From assembly GCA_051859245.1 (NCBI GenBank), contig JBHYGA010000001.1, forward strand, positions 1,341,722-1,405,721: a stretch of 64,000 nt of DNA, written 5' to 3'. The translations under genes were made by a program, and so were the position numbers. Below the pieces are notes generated by a model. The model worked only from the letters and a program-made list of their open reading frames with translations, did no database searches and was not told the origin of the DNA. This document shows, one piece after another, positions 29,575-39,254 of this stretch (position 1 is the first letter of the stretch; each line of letters opens with the position of its first letter). This stretch comes from Gemmatimonadaceae bacterium. Lineage in GTDB: Bacteria > Gemmatimonadota > Gemmatimonadetes > Gemmatimonadales > Gemmatimonadaceae.

Positions 29575-30321
29575 ATGAACGCACTCTGGGACTGGATTCA
29601 ACGCGGATACCTCCGGGTCATCGGACCCGTTGGGGACTTCCTCGTGCGTCATCGCGTCAAGCCGAACACGATTACGACGATCGGTACGATTTGCACGCTG
29701 GTCGCCGGCGTCATTTTTGCGACCGGTCATATTCGTACCGCGGGGTGGTTTCTTGGGCTCACGGCGCTCTTTGATGTGCTCGACGGCACCGTCGCGCGTC
29801 GCACCGGCACCAGTTCGGTGTTCGGCGCCTTTTACGATTCCACGCTGGACCGGGTGAGCGACGGCGCGCTGATGGGCGGGCTGGTCGTGTTCTACGCGAT
29901 CAATCCCGTGCATCAGAGCACACCGATGCTGGTGATCACGCTGCTCGGGCTGATCGCGGCCTTTCTCACCTCGTACGCCCGCGCTCGCGCCGAAGGACTT
30001 GGCGTGGACGCCAAAGTAGGATTGCTGCAGCGACCGGAACGCATCACGCTGCTCTCAGCGCCCCAGGCGTTTTTCGGATTGGCACTCGACGGCTGGGTGC
30101 TTGCTGGCATCGTGACGCTGCTCAGCGTTACGGCGTGGGTGACCGTCGTGCAGCGCATGCTGTTCGTATATCACCACACCGACGGCCGCGCACCGTCTTC
30201 TGATGTCCCGCCGTCGTCACCGCCGCCGCCTGTGCGCGCGGCCAACGTGTCGTCGCCGGTTTCCTCCACGATTTCCCCGGCGCTGACTACAGTGCCCGGA
30301 GCATCCCTCAAGGGAGAATGA
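29575..30321 (+). CDS. CDP-alcohol phosphatidyltransferase, probable phosphatidylinositol-phosphate synthase
   Basis: DVLDGTVAR...GAFYDSTLD; SYARARAE and QRPER; coupled to ino1. Confidence 0.85.
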   Translation: MNALWDWIQRGYLRVIGPVGDFLVRHRVKPNTITTIGTICTLVAGVIFATGHIRTAGWFLGLTALFDVLDGTVARRTGTSSVFGAFYDSTLDRVSDGALMGGLVVFYAINPVHQSTPMLVITLLGLIAAFLTSYARARAEGLGVDAKVGLLQRPERITLLSAPQAFFGLALDGWVLAGIVTLLSVTAWVTVVQRMLFVYHHTDGRAPSSDVPPSSPPPPVRAANVSSPVSSTISPALTTVPGASLKGE

Positions 30322-31655
30322 CCTTAGTGTCCGACACCACCATTCGTACTCCTGCGTCCATCGCCCCGGCCACGGGCAAGCTCGTGATTTTCACGCCTGG
30401 CCTTGGCGCGGTCGCCACCACGTTCATTGCCGGTGTCGAGCGCGTGCGCCGCGGCCTGTCCGCGCCGATCGGTTCGCTCACGCAGATGGCAACGATTCGG
30501 CTCGGTAAGCGCACCGAAGCGCGCAGCCCGCTGATTCGTGATTTTGTGCCGCTCGCCTCGCTGCAGGACATTGTCTTTGCCGCATGGGATCCGATTCCGG
30601 ATGACGCGTACACCGCCGCCACCAAGGCCGGCGTGTTGCAGCCGTCCGATATCGAACCGATCGCCGACTTCCTCAAGGGCATTTCGCCCATGCCGGCTGT
30701 GTTCGAGTCGCGGTATGTCACGCGCTTGCATGGCACCAACGTGAAGACGGGTCCGAACAAGCGCGATCTCGCCGAACAGCTGCGCAAAGACATTCGCGAC
30801 GTGAAGGCCAAGCACGGCGCCGATCGCGCGGTCATGGTGTGGTGCGGCTCCACGGAAACGTTCATCAAGGCCGGACCGCAGCACGAAACGATTGAAGCGT
30901 TCGAGAAGGCCATGGAAGAGAATGACGATTCCATCGCGCCGTCCATGTTGTACGCGTATGCGGCCATCATGGAAAACGTGCCGTATTGCAACGGCGCGCC
31001 GAATCTCTCGGCCGATTTCCCGGCGTTGCTCGATCTCGCGAACAAGCGTGGCGTGCCCGTGTCGGGCAAGGATTTCAAGACGGGCCAGACATGGATGAAG
31101 ACCGTGCTCGCGCCGGGTATCAAGGCGCGCATGCTCGGCCTGGAAGGCTGGTACTCCACGAACATTCTTGGCAATCGCGACGGCGAAGTGCTCGATGACC
31201 CGGCGTCGTTCAAGACCAAGGAAGAGTCGAAGCTGTCGGTGCTGCACAACATTCTGCAGCCGGAACTGTATCCCGAGCTGTACGAAGGGTTCTCGCACGT
31301 CGTGCGCATCAACTACTACCCGCCGCGCGGCGACAACAAGGAAGGCTGGGACAACATCGACATCGTGGGTTGGCTCGGCTACCCGATGCAGATCAAGGTC
31401 AACTTCCTCTGCCGCGATTCCATTCTTGCGGCGCCGATCGTGCTCGACCTCGCGCTGTTCAGTGACTTCGCGCATCGCGCAGGCATGAAGGGCATTCAGG
31501 AGTGGCTGTCGTTCTACTACAAGAGCCCGCAGACCGCGCCAGGACTGCAGGCGGAACACGATCTCTTCATTCAGCAGACCAAGCTCAAGAACACGCTGCG
31601 TCATCTGATGGGTGAGGACGTGATTACGCACCTCGGACTGGAGTACTATCAGTGA
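30318..31655 (+). CDS. ino1: myo-inositol-1-phosphate synthase
   Basis: GLGAVAT, GKDFKTGQT, NILGNRDG, RGDNKEGWD, CRDSILAAP. Confidence 0.95.
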   Translation: MTLVSDTTIRTPASIAPATGKLVIFTPGLGAVATTFIAGVERVRRGLSAPIGSLTQMATIRLGKRTEARSPLIRDFVPLASLQDIVFAAWDPIPDDAYTAATKAGVLQPSDIEPIADFLKGISPMPAVFESRYVTRLHGTNVKTGPNKRDLAEQLRKDIRDVKAKHGADRAVMVWCGSTETFIKAGPQHETIEAFEKAMEENDDSIAPSMLYAYAAIMENVPYCNGAPNLSADFPALLDLANKRGVPVSGKDFKTGQTWMKTVLAPGIKARMLGLEGWYSTNILGNRDGEVLDDPASFKTKEESKLSVLHNILQPELYPELYEGFSHVVRINYYPPRGDNKEGWDNIDIVGWLGYPMQIKVNFLCRDSILAAPIVLDLALFSDFAHRAGMKGIQEWLSFYYKSPQTAPGLQAEHDLFIQQTKLKNTLRHLMGEDVITHLGLEYYQ

Positions 31656-32215
31656 TCACACGGTCGGGTCGACGCGCGCGCGTGCTGCTCTCCGTTGCCC
31701 TGCTGGCCGCTGTTGCGGCCAGCTGTGGCGGCGGACGGAAGGGCAACGAGTTCCGCATGACAACGGAGTCGTATTCCATTCGTGTAATGGTTGACCCGGC
31801 CCCCCCGAAGGCGCTTGAACAGATCACCTGGACGGTCGTGGTGAACGACAAGGAAACCGGTCGTCCGGTGGATATGGGCGAAGGACGCATCTTCGCCAGC
31901 AGCCGCGATGGCAAGAATATCGCGAACGGTTTTGCGCCCACCGATCAGGTGGGCACGTACACCACCAAGTTGTTTTACGTGACGGCAGGTCCGTGGGCGA
32001 TGGGCATTCAGTTCCGCCGCGACTCAACGGCGGTGCTTGAACGCACCCAGGATTGGACGCAGGACATTCGCACGGCCGACGAACCGGGCGAGATTTCGCT
32101 GCCGTCGTCGCCGGCGCCCACGCCCACGCCCGACACCGCGCGCCCAGACAGTGCGCGCCCGGATCGCGTTCGTTCCGATTCCACCACCTCGGAGGGCGCG
32201 GCCGCGCCGCGCTAA
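31652..32215 (+). CDS. Hypothetical lipoprotein (YtkA/FixH-like beta-sandwich suspected)
   Basis: Lipobox AASC; beta-rich core; low-complexity tail; GTG overlaps the ino1 stop. Confidence 0.7.
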   Translation: MITRSGRRARVLLSVALLAAVAASCGGGRKGNEFRMTTESYSIRVMVDPAPPKALEQITWTVVVNDKETGRPVDMGEGRIFASSRDGKNIANGFAPTDQVGTYTTKLFYVTAGPWAMGIQFRRDSTAVLERTQDWTQDIRTADEPGEISLPSSPAPTPTPDTARPDSARPDRVRSDSTTSEGAAAPR

Positions 32216-32218
32216 CGC

Positions 32219-32512
32219 ATGCGCTTGTTTCATCGCACCTCGCTGCACCCGGATCTGGTGATGCAAGAGGCGGACACTCACTTCGGTGCACTCGGTCTCG
32301 ACCGCGTGCACGTGGAATCGCGCGCGCGACATTTTCGCGGGGCGCTGGGTACGCTTGTGCTCACGGTCAAAATGGAAGGCGGCCACTACACGTTTGTCGA
32401 AGCCCACACGGACCAGATCGGTGAAAGCCGACTCGACAAAAACGTGAAGAAGTTTTTTGTGCGCCTGCATCGCACCGCCGATCCTCGGCATCTGCTCGAG
32501 GCGGCGTACTGA
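32219..32512 (+). CDS. Hypothetical protein, 97 aa
   Basis: Fills the operon gap; stop overlaps the E1-alpha ATG. Confidence 0.7.
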   Translation: MRLFHRTSLHPDLVMQEADTHFGALGLDRVHVESRARHFRGALGTLVLTVKMEGGHYTFVEAHTDQIGESRLDKNVKKFFVRLHRTADPRHLLEAAY

Positions 32513-33642
32513 TGGCGCGCGCCGGGACGTCCCCGGCGCGATCGAAGGCAACGGCTGCGGCGACGAGTTCACGCCCCAGCGACGCCCTCTCGCGCGAGCA
32601 ACGCCTCTCCCTCTATCGCTACATGCGTCTCACGCGCGTGCTCGAAGAGCGACTGGTGGCGTTGTACAGACAAACCAAAGTTGTTGGCGGACTTTTCCGT
32701 TCGCTCGGCCAGGAAGCGGATGCCGTGGGCAGTGCGTTTGCGCTCGAACAGCGTGATGTGCTGTCGCCGCTGATTCGCAACCTCGGTGCGATGCTCGTAA
32801 AGGGCGCCACGCCGCTCGAAGTGCTGCGCCAGTACATGGCCAAGGGCGATTCGCCCACCCGTGGTCGAGAACTCAACATCCACTTTGGCGATACGGAAAA
32901 GCGCAACTTCATTGGGCAGATTTCGCATCTCGGTGACATGGTGCCGGTGATGGCAGGTGTCACGCTGTCGTTCAAGATGCGCGGTGAAGATCGTGTTGGG
33001 CTCGTGTACATCGGTGATGGTGCCACGTCTACGGGCGCATTTCACGAAGGCATCAACTTTGCTGGCGTGCAGCGTTGCCCGCTGGTCGTGATCGTGGAGA
33101 ACAACGGTTACGCGTATTCCACGCCCACGCACAAGCAGACGGCCGCCAAACAGTTTGTCGACAAAGCGATTGGTTACGGAATCGCGGGCGTGCAGGCGGA
33201 TGGCAACGATGTGCTGGCCGTGTACGATGTGACCAAAGAAGCTGTGGACCGCGCGCGTCGCGGTGAGGGTGTCACGCTGGTTGAGCTCATGACGTATCGT
33301 CGCAAGGGACACGCGGAGCATGACAATCAGTCGTATCAGCCGCCTGCTGAAATTGAGAAGTGGGCTTTGGAGAACGATCCGATTGATCGCTTTGTGAAAG
33401 TGCTACGCGAACAGCATCAGGTCACCGACGCGGAGTTTGCCGCCATTGAAGCGGAGATCGTCGCGCTGATTGATGCGGCCACAGATGAGTCGGAGGCGTC
33501 ACCAATGCCAGAGCCTACCGATGCACTCGTGGGTGTGTACGCCGATCCCGCCGTGATTCCGCCGCTGTGGTTCCGTGAATCGGTGCGCAGCGCGGTGGAT
33601 ATCAACGAACGCCCGGCCGGATGGGGAACGTATGACGGTTGA
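32512..33642 (+). CDS. 2-oxoacid dehydrogenase E1 alpha subunit
   Basis: TPP motif GDGATSTG...ENN; TYRRKGHAEHD. Confidence 0.93.
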   Translation: MARAGTSPARSKATAAATSSRPSDALSREQRLSLYRYMRLTRVLEERLVALYRQTKVVGGLFRSLGQEADAVGSAFALEQRDVLSPLIRNLGAMLVKGATPLEVLRQYMAKGDSPTRGRELNIHFGDTEKRNFIGQISHLGDMVPVMAGVTLSFKMRGEDRVGLVYIGDGATSTGAFHEGINFAGVQRCPLVVIVENNGYAYSTPTHKQTAAKQFVDKAIGYGIAGVQADGNDVLAVYDVTKEAVDRARRGEGVTLVELMTYRRKGHAEHDNQSYQPPAEIEKWALENDPIDRFVKVLREQHQVTDAEFAAIEAEIVALIDAATDESEASPMPEPTDALVGVYADPAVIPPLWFRESVRSAVDINERPAGWGTYDG

Positions 33643-34609
33643 ACGCACGTACCTTGAGGCCATTCGCGACGCGATGGCCGAAGAAATGGCGCGCGACGAG
33701 AATGTTTTCATCATGGGCGAAGACATCGGCGCGTTCGGTGGTGCGTTCAAGGTCACCGACGGATTGCAGGCGCAGTTTGGTGAAGCGCGGGTCATCGACA
33801 CGCCGATTTCGGAAGCGGGCATTGTTGGCGCCGCAGCGGGTGCGGCGCACATGGGTATGCGCCCGATCGTTGAGTTGCAGTTCATCGACTTTATCTCGTG
33901 CGCGTACGACATGCTCACGAACTACGTGGCCACGGCGCGCTATCGGGCGTTTCTGCCGTGCCCCATGGTGGTGCGCGGTCCGAGCGGTGGATACGTGCGC
34001 GGTGGCCCGTTCCACTCGCAGAATCCCGAAGCGGCGTTCCTGCATACGCCCGGCCTCAAGATTGTGTATCCGTCCACGGCTGCCGATGCCAAGGGGTTGA
34101 TGAAAGCCGCCATCCGCGACGAAGACTGCGTGCTCTTTTTTGAGCACAAGTATTTGTATCGTCGGGTGAAAGAAGTCATGCCCGACGGCGATCACGTGGT
34201 GCCCATCGGTAAGGCGCGCATCGCGCGCGAGGGCACCGACGTGTCGATTATCACGTATGCCGCGACCGTATGGCGCGCGCTTGAAGCCGCCGAACAGTTG
34301 GCCGCGGAAGGCATTTCTGTGGAAGTGCTCGACCTGCGTTCGTTGTTGCCCATGGATGATGAAGCGATTCAGGCAACTGTTCGCAAGACCAACCGTTTAC
34401 TCATCGTGCACGAAGACACGCGCACCGGCGGCATCGCGGGCGAGATCACCGCGCGCGTCAGCGAAACCTGCTTCGAGTGGCTTGACGCGCCGATTCTGCG
34501 CGTCACGGCCGCCGATGTGCCGCTGCCGTATTCGCCGCCGCTCGAAGACTATGTGTTGCCACAAACGTCGGACATTGTGCGGGCCGTGCGTCGGCTTGTG
34601 GCGTACTGA
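33632..34609 (+). CDS. 2-oxoacid dehydrogenase E1 beta subunit
   Basis: MGEDIG, DTPISE, GGPFHSQ, FFEHK, LDLRSL. Confidence 0.95.
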   Translation: MTVERTYLEAIRDAMAEEMARDENVFIMGEDIGAFGGAFKVTDGLQAQFGEARVIDTPISEAGIVGAAAGAAHMGMRPIVELQFIDFISCAYDMLTNYVATARYRAFLPCPMVVRGPSGGYVRGGPFHSQNPEAAFLHTPGLKIVYPSTAADAKGLMKAAIRDEDCVLFFEHKYLYRRVKEVMPDGDHVVPIGKARIAREGTDVSIITYAATVWRALEAAEQLAAEGISVEVLDLRSLLPMDDEAIQATVRKTNRLLIVHEDTRTGGIAGEITARVSETCFEWLDAPILRVTAADVPLPYSPPLEDYVLPQTSDIVRAVRRLVAY

Positions 34610-34624
34610 CCCGTTCCCGTCGTC

Positions 34625-34966
34625 ATGAAAGATTCTGATCGGAAGCCCGCGCCCGACCGCCCCAATACGCATCCTGCCGATTTGCCGCAGAGCGCGCTGC
34701 CCTCGGTGCCACTGCAGGATGACGACAAGCGCATGGCGCGCATCGGCGTGGGCTGTTTCACCACGTTCATTGGCGCCATCAGCGGCGCCATGATCGGTGT
34801 GCTGCTCGCGGTGGGCGTCACGTTCGGGACACGTTGTCAGCCCTTGGAAGGGCTGCCGGCGTGCAACTGGCATATCTTTGCAGGGTGGGGCGCGCTCATC
34901 GGCGCGATAACCCTGCCCATTTTGGCACTCTCGCGGCTGCGCCGGCGTGATCGCGCTGGCACCTGA
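34625..34966 (+). CDS. Small two-TM hypothetical membrane protein
   Basis: Two hydrophobic helices joined by a C-x7-C loop. Confidence 0.7.
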   Translation: MKDSDRKPAPDRPNTHPADLPQSALPSVPLQDDDKRMARIGVGCFTTFIGAISGAMIGVLLAVGVTFGTRCQPLEGLPACNWHIFAGWGALIGAITLPILALSRLRRRDRAGT

Positions 34967-34988
34967 CCGCTGTCTTTAGGAGAATACC

Positions 34989-36317
34989 GTGGCACGCGTC
35001 GACGTCATCATGCCCCAGATGGGCGAATCCATCGCTGAAGGAACCGTCTCCCGCTGGCTCAAGGCCGTGGGTGATACGGTCAAGCGCGATGAGCCCATCT
35101 TCGAAATCTCCACCGACAAGGTGGACGCCGAGATCCCGTCCCCGTCGTCGGGCGTGCTGCTCGAAATCATTGTCGGCGAGGGCAAGACGGTAGAAGTGGG
35201 CACGGTCGTAGCCCGGCTCGAAACCGATGCTGCGGCTGCAGCCGCCGCGCCGGCCGCTGCCGCGCCCGCTCCTGCCGCTCCGGCGGCCCCTGTGCCGGCT
35301 GCGTCCGCCCCAGTGCCTGCCGCTACCGCACCTGCGGCACCTGAGGCACCGGTGGCCGCGGCGGGATCGCTGGAGGATCGTCTGCGTACCAAGTCGTCGC
35401 CGCTGGTCCGCAAAATGGCCGCCGAGCACGGTGTCGAGATCAGCGCTCTCACGGGATCCGGCATTGCGGGTCGCGTCACGCGCCGCGATTTCGAAGCGCA
35501 CATCGCGTCAAAGCCTGCGGCCGCCGCGCCGAGCAAGCCCGCGGTCGGGGCATCCATGCACGCGCCAGGCGGGATGAACTTCGACACGCCGACCGCCACT
35601 GCATGGCCTGGCGATCGCGTTGAGCCCATGTCAAAGATGCGCAAGGCAACCAGCGATCACATGCTGATGGCCAAGCGCGTCGCGTCGCACGTGACGTCGT
35701 TCTTTGAAGTGGACCTCACTCGCATCTCGCGCATTCGCGCACGTGAGCGCGCCACCTTTGAAAAGCAGACGGGACAAAAGCTCACGTACCTGCCGTTTAT
35801 CTGTCGTGCCGTGGTGCAGCAGCTCAAGCGTCATCCGGTGCTCAATGCAGCAGTGAATGGCACGGACATTATTTTCCGCCAGCAGTACAATCTTGGTATT
35901 GCCGTTGCACTTGAGCCCACGGGATTGCTCGTTCCGGTCGTCAAGCGGGCCGATGAGCTGTCGCTCACCGGACTCACGCGTACGATCAACGATCTCGCGT
36001 CCCGCGCTCGCTCCAAGAAGCTGCAGCCCATGGAGCTGCAGGATGCCACGTTCACCATCACGAACCCGGGCGTGTTTGGTTCGCTCATGGGCACGCCGAT
36101 TGTCCCCGTGGGCACCACGGCGATTCTCGGACTCGGCGCCATCGAAAAGCGTCCCAAGGTGATTGCCGGTGCCGATGGCGAGGACACGATTGCCATTCGC
36201 ACGTGTGCGTATTTCTCGTTGTCGTTCGATCATCGCGTCGTTGACGGCGCCGACGCGGACAAGTTCATGGCCGATCTCAAGGCAGCGCTTGAGAACGTTG
36301 GCGAGGCGATCGAATGA
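34989..36317 (+). CDS. 2-oxoacid dehydrogenase E2 (dihydrolipoamide acyltransferase)
   Basis: One lipoyl domain (STDKVDAE), Ala/Pro linker, E3-binding domain, DHRVVDGA. Confidence 0.95.
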   Translation: MARVDVIMPQMGESIAEGTVSRWLKAVGDTVKRDEPIFEISTDKVDAEIPSPSSGVLLEIIVGEGKTVEVGTVVARLETDAAAAAAAPAAAAPAPAAPAAPVPAASAPVPAATAPAAPEAPVAAAGSLEDRLRTKSSPLVRKMAAEHGVEISALTGSGIAGRVTRRDFEAHIASKPAAAAPSKPAVGASMHAPGGMNFDTPTATAWPGDRVEPMSKMRKATSDHMLMAKRVASHVTSFFEVDLTRISRIRARERATFEKQTGQKLTYLPFICRAVVQQLKRHPVLNAAVNGTDIIFRQQYNLGIAVALEPTGLLVPVVKRADELSLTGLTRTINDLASRARSKKLQPMELQDATFTITNPGVFGSLMGTPIVPVGTTAILGLGAIEKRPKVIAGADGEDTIAIRTCAYFSLSFDHRVVDGADADKFMADLKAALENVGEAIE

Positions 36318-36565
36318 CCGAACGTCGCACGCTGCTCGTGACTGAACGCACCGTGCAACACGCGGAGCGCGAAGGGTACGTGCAGTCCATGCGCGAAACA
36401 CAGCAACGCTGCGCCAACGCGGGTGTGCATTTCTGGATCTTTGAACACGAGAATGACAACACCCGGTTTCTCGAGTTTGCAGAAGCCAAGGCCGACGCGC
36501 GCTTTGAAACGCTCGGCGTTCGGCAGCCGACCACGACGGAGTGGCACGCCGTGGAGCTGAGATAA
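36314..36565 (+). CDS. Hypothetical protein, 83 aa
   Basis: ATGA coupling to E2. Confidence 0.65.
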   Translation: MTERRTLLVTERTVQHAEREGYVQSMRETQQRCANAGVHFWIFEHENDNTRFLEFAEAKADARFETLGVRQPTTTEWHAVELR

Positions 36566-36832
36566 GTGCCCAGTCGACGGCTAACTTCGAATGGTCGCAC
36601 GTGGCGCGTGTATCCAAGTGGATTTCTCACGCAGTCTGTCGCTGACGAGTTCTCGTTGATTTTTGTGGCGGGTGAAGGGAAGTCGCGAGAGGTTCGGCTC
36701 ACGCGTTACTCGCCCGCTGGCACGCGCTCGCGTGAGCAGGCGCTGGCCGAAATGACAGACGCGCAGTTGGCGCGATTGTTCAGCATGTCACAGTCGAGCG
36801 TGCGATCGCCTGAAGCTGGTTATCAAGAGTGA
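36566..36832 (+). CDS. Hypothetical protein, 88 aa
   Basis: GTG directly after the previous stop; stop overlaps the next start. Confidence 0.7.
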   Translation: MPSRRLTSNGRTWRVYPSGFLTQSVADEFSLIFVAGEGKSREVRLTRYSPAGTRSREQALAEMTDAQLARLFSMSQSSVRSPEAGYQE

Positions 36833-37713
36833 CCGCGCCACACGCGACCACGTGCGAAACTGGTACCTCGGGCAACGCACCCGCCACGCCACGGTTTGTT
36901 GATCTGCAAGTGCACACCACGGCATCCGATGGTGTGCTTGCACCAGCTGCCGTGGTTGAAGCCGCAGCGAGAGCGAAACTCACGGCGATCGCGATCACCG
37001 ATCACGATTCCATTGACGGGCTACCCGAAGCCGAAGCCGCTGGCGAGCGGCTTGGTGTGCGTATTGTGCCAGGCGTTGAACTGGCGGCGCACTTCGAGTC
37101 CGACGAGCTGCATCTGCTGGGCTTGCATCTGGCCGATCGCGATGCCATTGAAGGAGATCTGCAGGCCTTTCGTCGTGAGCGCATTGAACGTGCAGAAGCA
37201 ATGGTGCGTGTGCTCAACTCGCACGGCATTGCGGTCACGATCGATGCGGTACTTGAAGCCGCAGATGTTGGCGCTGTTGGTCGTCCACATCTGGCGCGCG
37301 CGTTAGTGGCCGGCGGTTGGGTGCGTGATTTCCGCGAAGCGTTCGACAAATGGCTCGGCTGGGGAAAGCCCGCGTACGTGGAGAAAGGCAAGCTCACGGT
37401 CACCGATGCGGTCGCGCTCGTGCATCGCGCCGGTGGCATCGCGGTGTGGGCTCATCCTGGCGACCTCGCGACGGAAGCGAGGCTGGCGCGCTTGCACGCA
37501 ATCGGCTTGGACGCGGTTGAAGTGTTGCATCCCAGTCACCCGCAGGCGTTGGCCGAGCGGATTTATGATCGCGCTGAAAAGGTTGGTTTGTTGCCAAGCG
37601 GCGGATCGGATTGGCACGGATCGGCGGAAGGACCGCGACAGCTCGGCGGACAGTTGGTGCCCTATCTCTGGCTCGCCAGGCAGGACACGGCGATTGCGGA
37701 GCGCGGGGGATGA
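36829..37713 (+). CDS. PHP-domain phosphoesterase (TrpH/YciV-like)
   Basis: DLQVHTTASDG, ITDHD, GRPH, WAHP, GGSDWHG. Confidence 0.92.
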   Translation: MTAPHATTCETGTSGNAPATPRFVDLQVHTTASDGVLAPAAVVEAAARAKLTAIAITDHDSIDGLPEAEAAGERLGVRIVPGVELAAHFESDELHLLGLHLADRDAIEGDLQAFRRERIERAEAMVRVLNSHGIAVTIDAVLEAADVGAVGRPHLARALVAGGWVRDFREAFDKWLGWGKPAYVEKGKLTVTDAVALVHRAGGIAVWAHPGDLATEARLARLHAIGLDAVEVLHPSHPQALAERIYDRAEKVGLLPSGGSDWHGSAEGPRQLGGQLVPYLWLARQDTAIAERGG

Positions 37714-38438
37714 GCGGGGCCGCGCGCGTCACGCTTGTGACGGGCGGGGCTCGGCGTGTTGGCGCGGCCATTGTTCGCGCGTGCGCTGCGCGTGGCGATG
37801 CGGTAGTGATTCACGCGTCGTCGTCTGCGGTGCAGGCGGAAGCACTCGCCGAAGAGCTCAGGCAGCATGGCGCAGAGATCGCGGTGGTGCAGGGTGACCT
37901 GAGCGACGCCAACACACCAGCACGCGTGGTACACGATGCGGCTGCGTGCTTTGGTCGACTCGATGTGCTGGTGAACTCGGCAGCCTCGTTCGTGCAGGCC
38001 GACATTCTGACGATCACACCGTCGCAGTGGGATGCTGCGTTTTCGGTAAATACGCGCGCGCCGTTCTTTGCGGCGCAGGCGGCCGCTCGTGTCATGCACG
38101 ATGGTGGTGTGATCGTAAACATCGCCGATCATCTGGCCTTTGAAACAATGCCTGACATGGTCGCTCACGCAGCGGCCAAGGCGTCGCTCGTGCACATCAC
38201 GCGCACGCTCGCACGCGCGCTTGCGCCACGTATTCGCGTGAATGCGGTTGCTCCGGGTTTGGTAAGCGCGCCGGAAGAGTTTTCTTCGGAACAGGAAGCA
38301 AAGTTTCTACGGGGTGTTCCGCTGGGACGTGCTGGTCACGCGAGTGATGTGGCGAACGCCGTGTGCTGGTTGATCGACGCACCGTACGTGACCGGAGCGA
38401 TCGTACCGGTCGATGGCGGTCGAGGCGTTGCGCGGTAA
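37710..38438 (+). CDS. SDR oxidoreductase, pteridine reductase/FolM-like
   Basis: TGGARRVG, VNSA, NAVAPG; HxxxK at the YxxxK position. Confidence 0.85.
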   Translation: MSGAARVTLVTGGARRVGAAIVRACAARGDAVVIHASSSAVQAEALAEELRQHGAEIAVVQGDLSDANTPARVVHDAAACFGRLDVLVNSAASFVQADILTITPSQWDAAFSVNTRAPFFAAQAAARVMHDGGVIVNIADHLAFETMPDMVAHAAAKASLVHITRTLARALAPRIRVNAVAPGLVSAPEEFSSEQEAKFLRGVPLGRAGHASDVANAVCWLIDAPYVTGAIVPVDGGRGVAR

Positions 38439-39220
38439 TGGTGAACGATCTGCACACCCTGACAAGAAAGCCACGCGAGGCACTCGTGTTTCGACAGATC
38501 GTGGTCATCGGCGGTGGGTGCTACGGCAGCTGGTACGCACAGCAACTTGCGCGCGCGGCGGCACACGGAGCGTTACGCGCGAGTGAAGTGACCGTACTTG
38601 ATCGGGATGACCGTTGTCTGGTGGCCGAGCGACTCCATGCCGGCGAATACAGTGCGCTGCCGCTGCGATTTGTGCAGACGGAGTGGGCGCCGTGGCTCGC
38701 GGAATGGTTGGCCGCCGACGTTCCCGACTCGCGCGCGGCCGATGCGATCGTGCCGTCGCCACTCATGCCTCACTTGTTGTTTGACTGGCTGCTCGAGCGC
38801 GCTCGGGAACGCACGCCAGACCGCGAGATCTCGGTGGAGCCGCTTCGCGTTGCGCCGCAGATGCCGTGGCAGCGCGCCGCGCCCGATGGTCGGCACTACG
38901 TGAGCTTTGCGGACTGGATGTGCCCGGTGAACTGTATTGAACCCGCCCGTTGCCCGGCGACGCGAGGGGAACGGAACTGGAGCATGCCGCCGGCACTTGC
39001 TGCATATGTGGACGGCGAACGCGAGTCCGGCCACCCGCTCGACGGCCCGATTATCTTTCATTGCTTGCACCGAACCTGGGGCGTTGGCATGATCGACGCC
39101 GAAGCCATCGTCGCGGCCGATCGGGTCGTGGCGGAGGCTGCTGCACGCGGGCCAGCTCGCGTGCTCGTGGGAACGGTCTCACACTGTCACGGTGCGCTCG
39201 GCGTGCTGCGGGTTTCGTAG
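38438..39220 (+). CDS. Uncharacterised Rossmann-fold protein with a Cys/His cluster
   Basis: [27 protein letters not shown]. Confidence 0.75.
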   Translation: MVNDLHTLTRKPREALVFRQIVVIGGGCYGSWYAQQLARAAAHGALRASEVTVLDRDDRCLVAERLHAGEYSALPLRFVQTEWAPWLAEWLAADVPDSRAADAIVPSPLMPHLLFDWLLERARERTPDREISVEPLRVAPQMPWQRAAPDGRHYVSFADWMCPVNCIEPARCPATRGERNWSMPPALAAYVDGERESGHPLDGPIIFHCLHRTWGVGMIDAEAIVAADRVVAEAAARGPARVLVGTVSHCHGALGVLRVS

Positions 39221-39254
39221 CTCACACACGCAACGCTTCTTACCAAACGGTCAT

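Noticed and set aside
35225..35365. Ala/Pro repeat tract in E2
   Set aside because: Ordinary flexible linker of E2 subunits.
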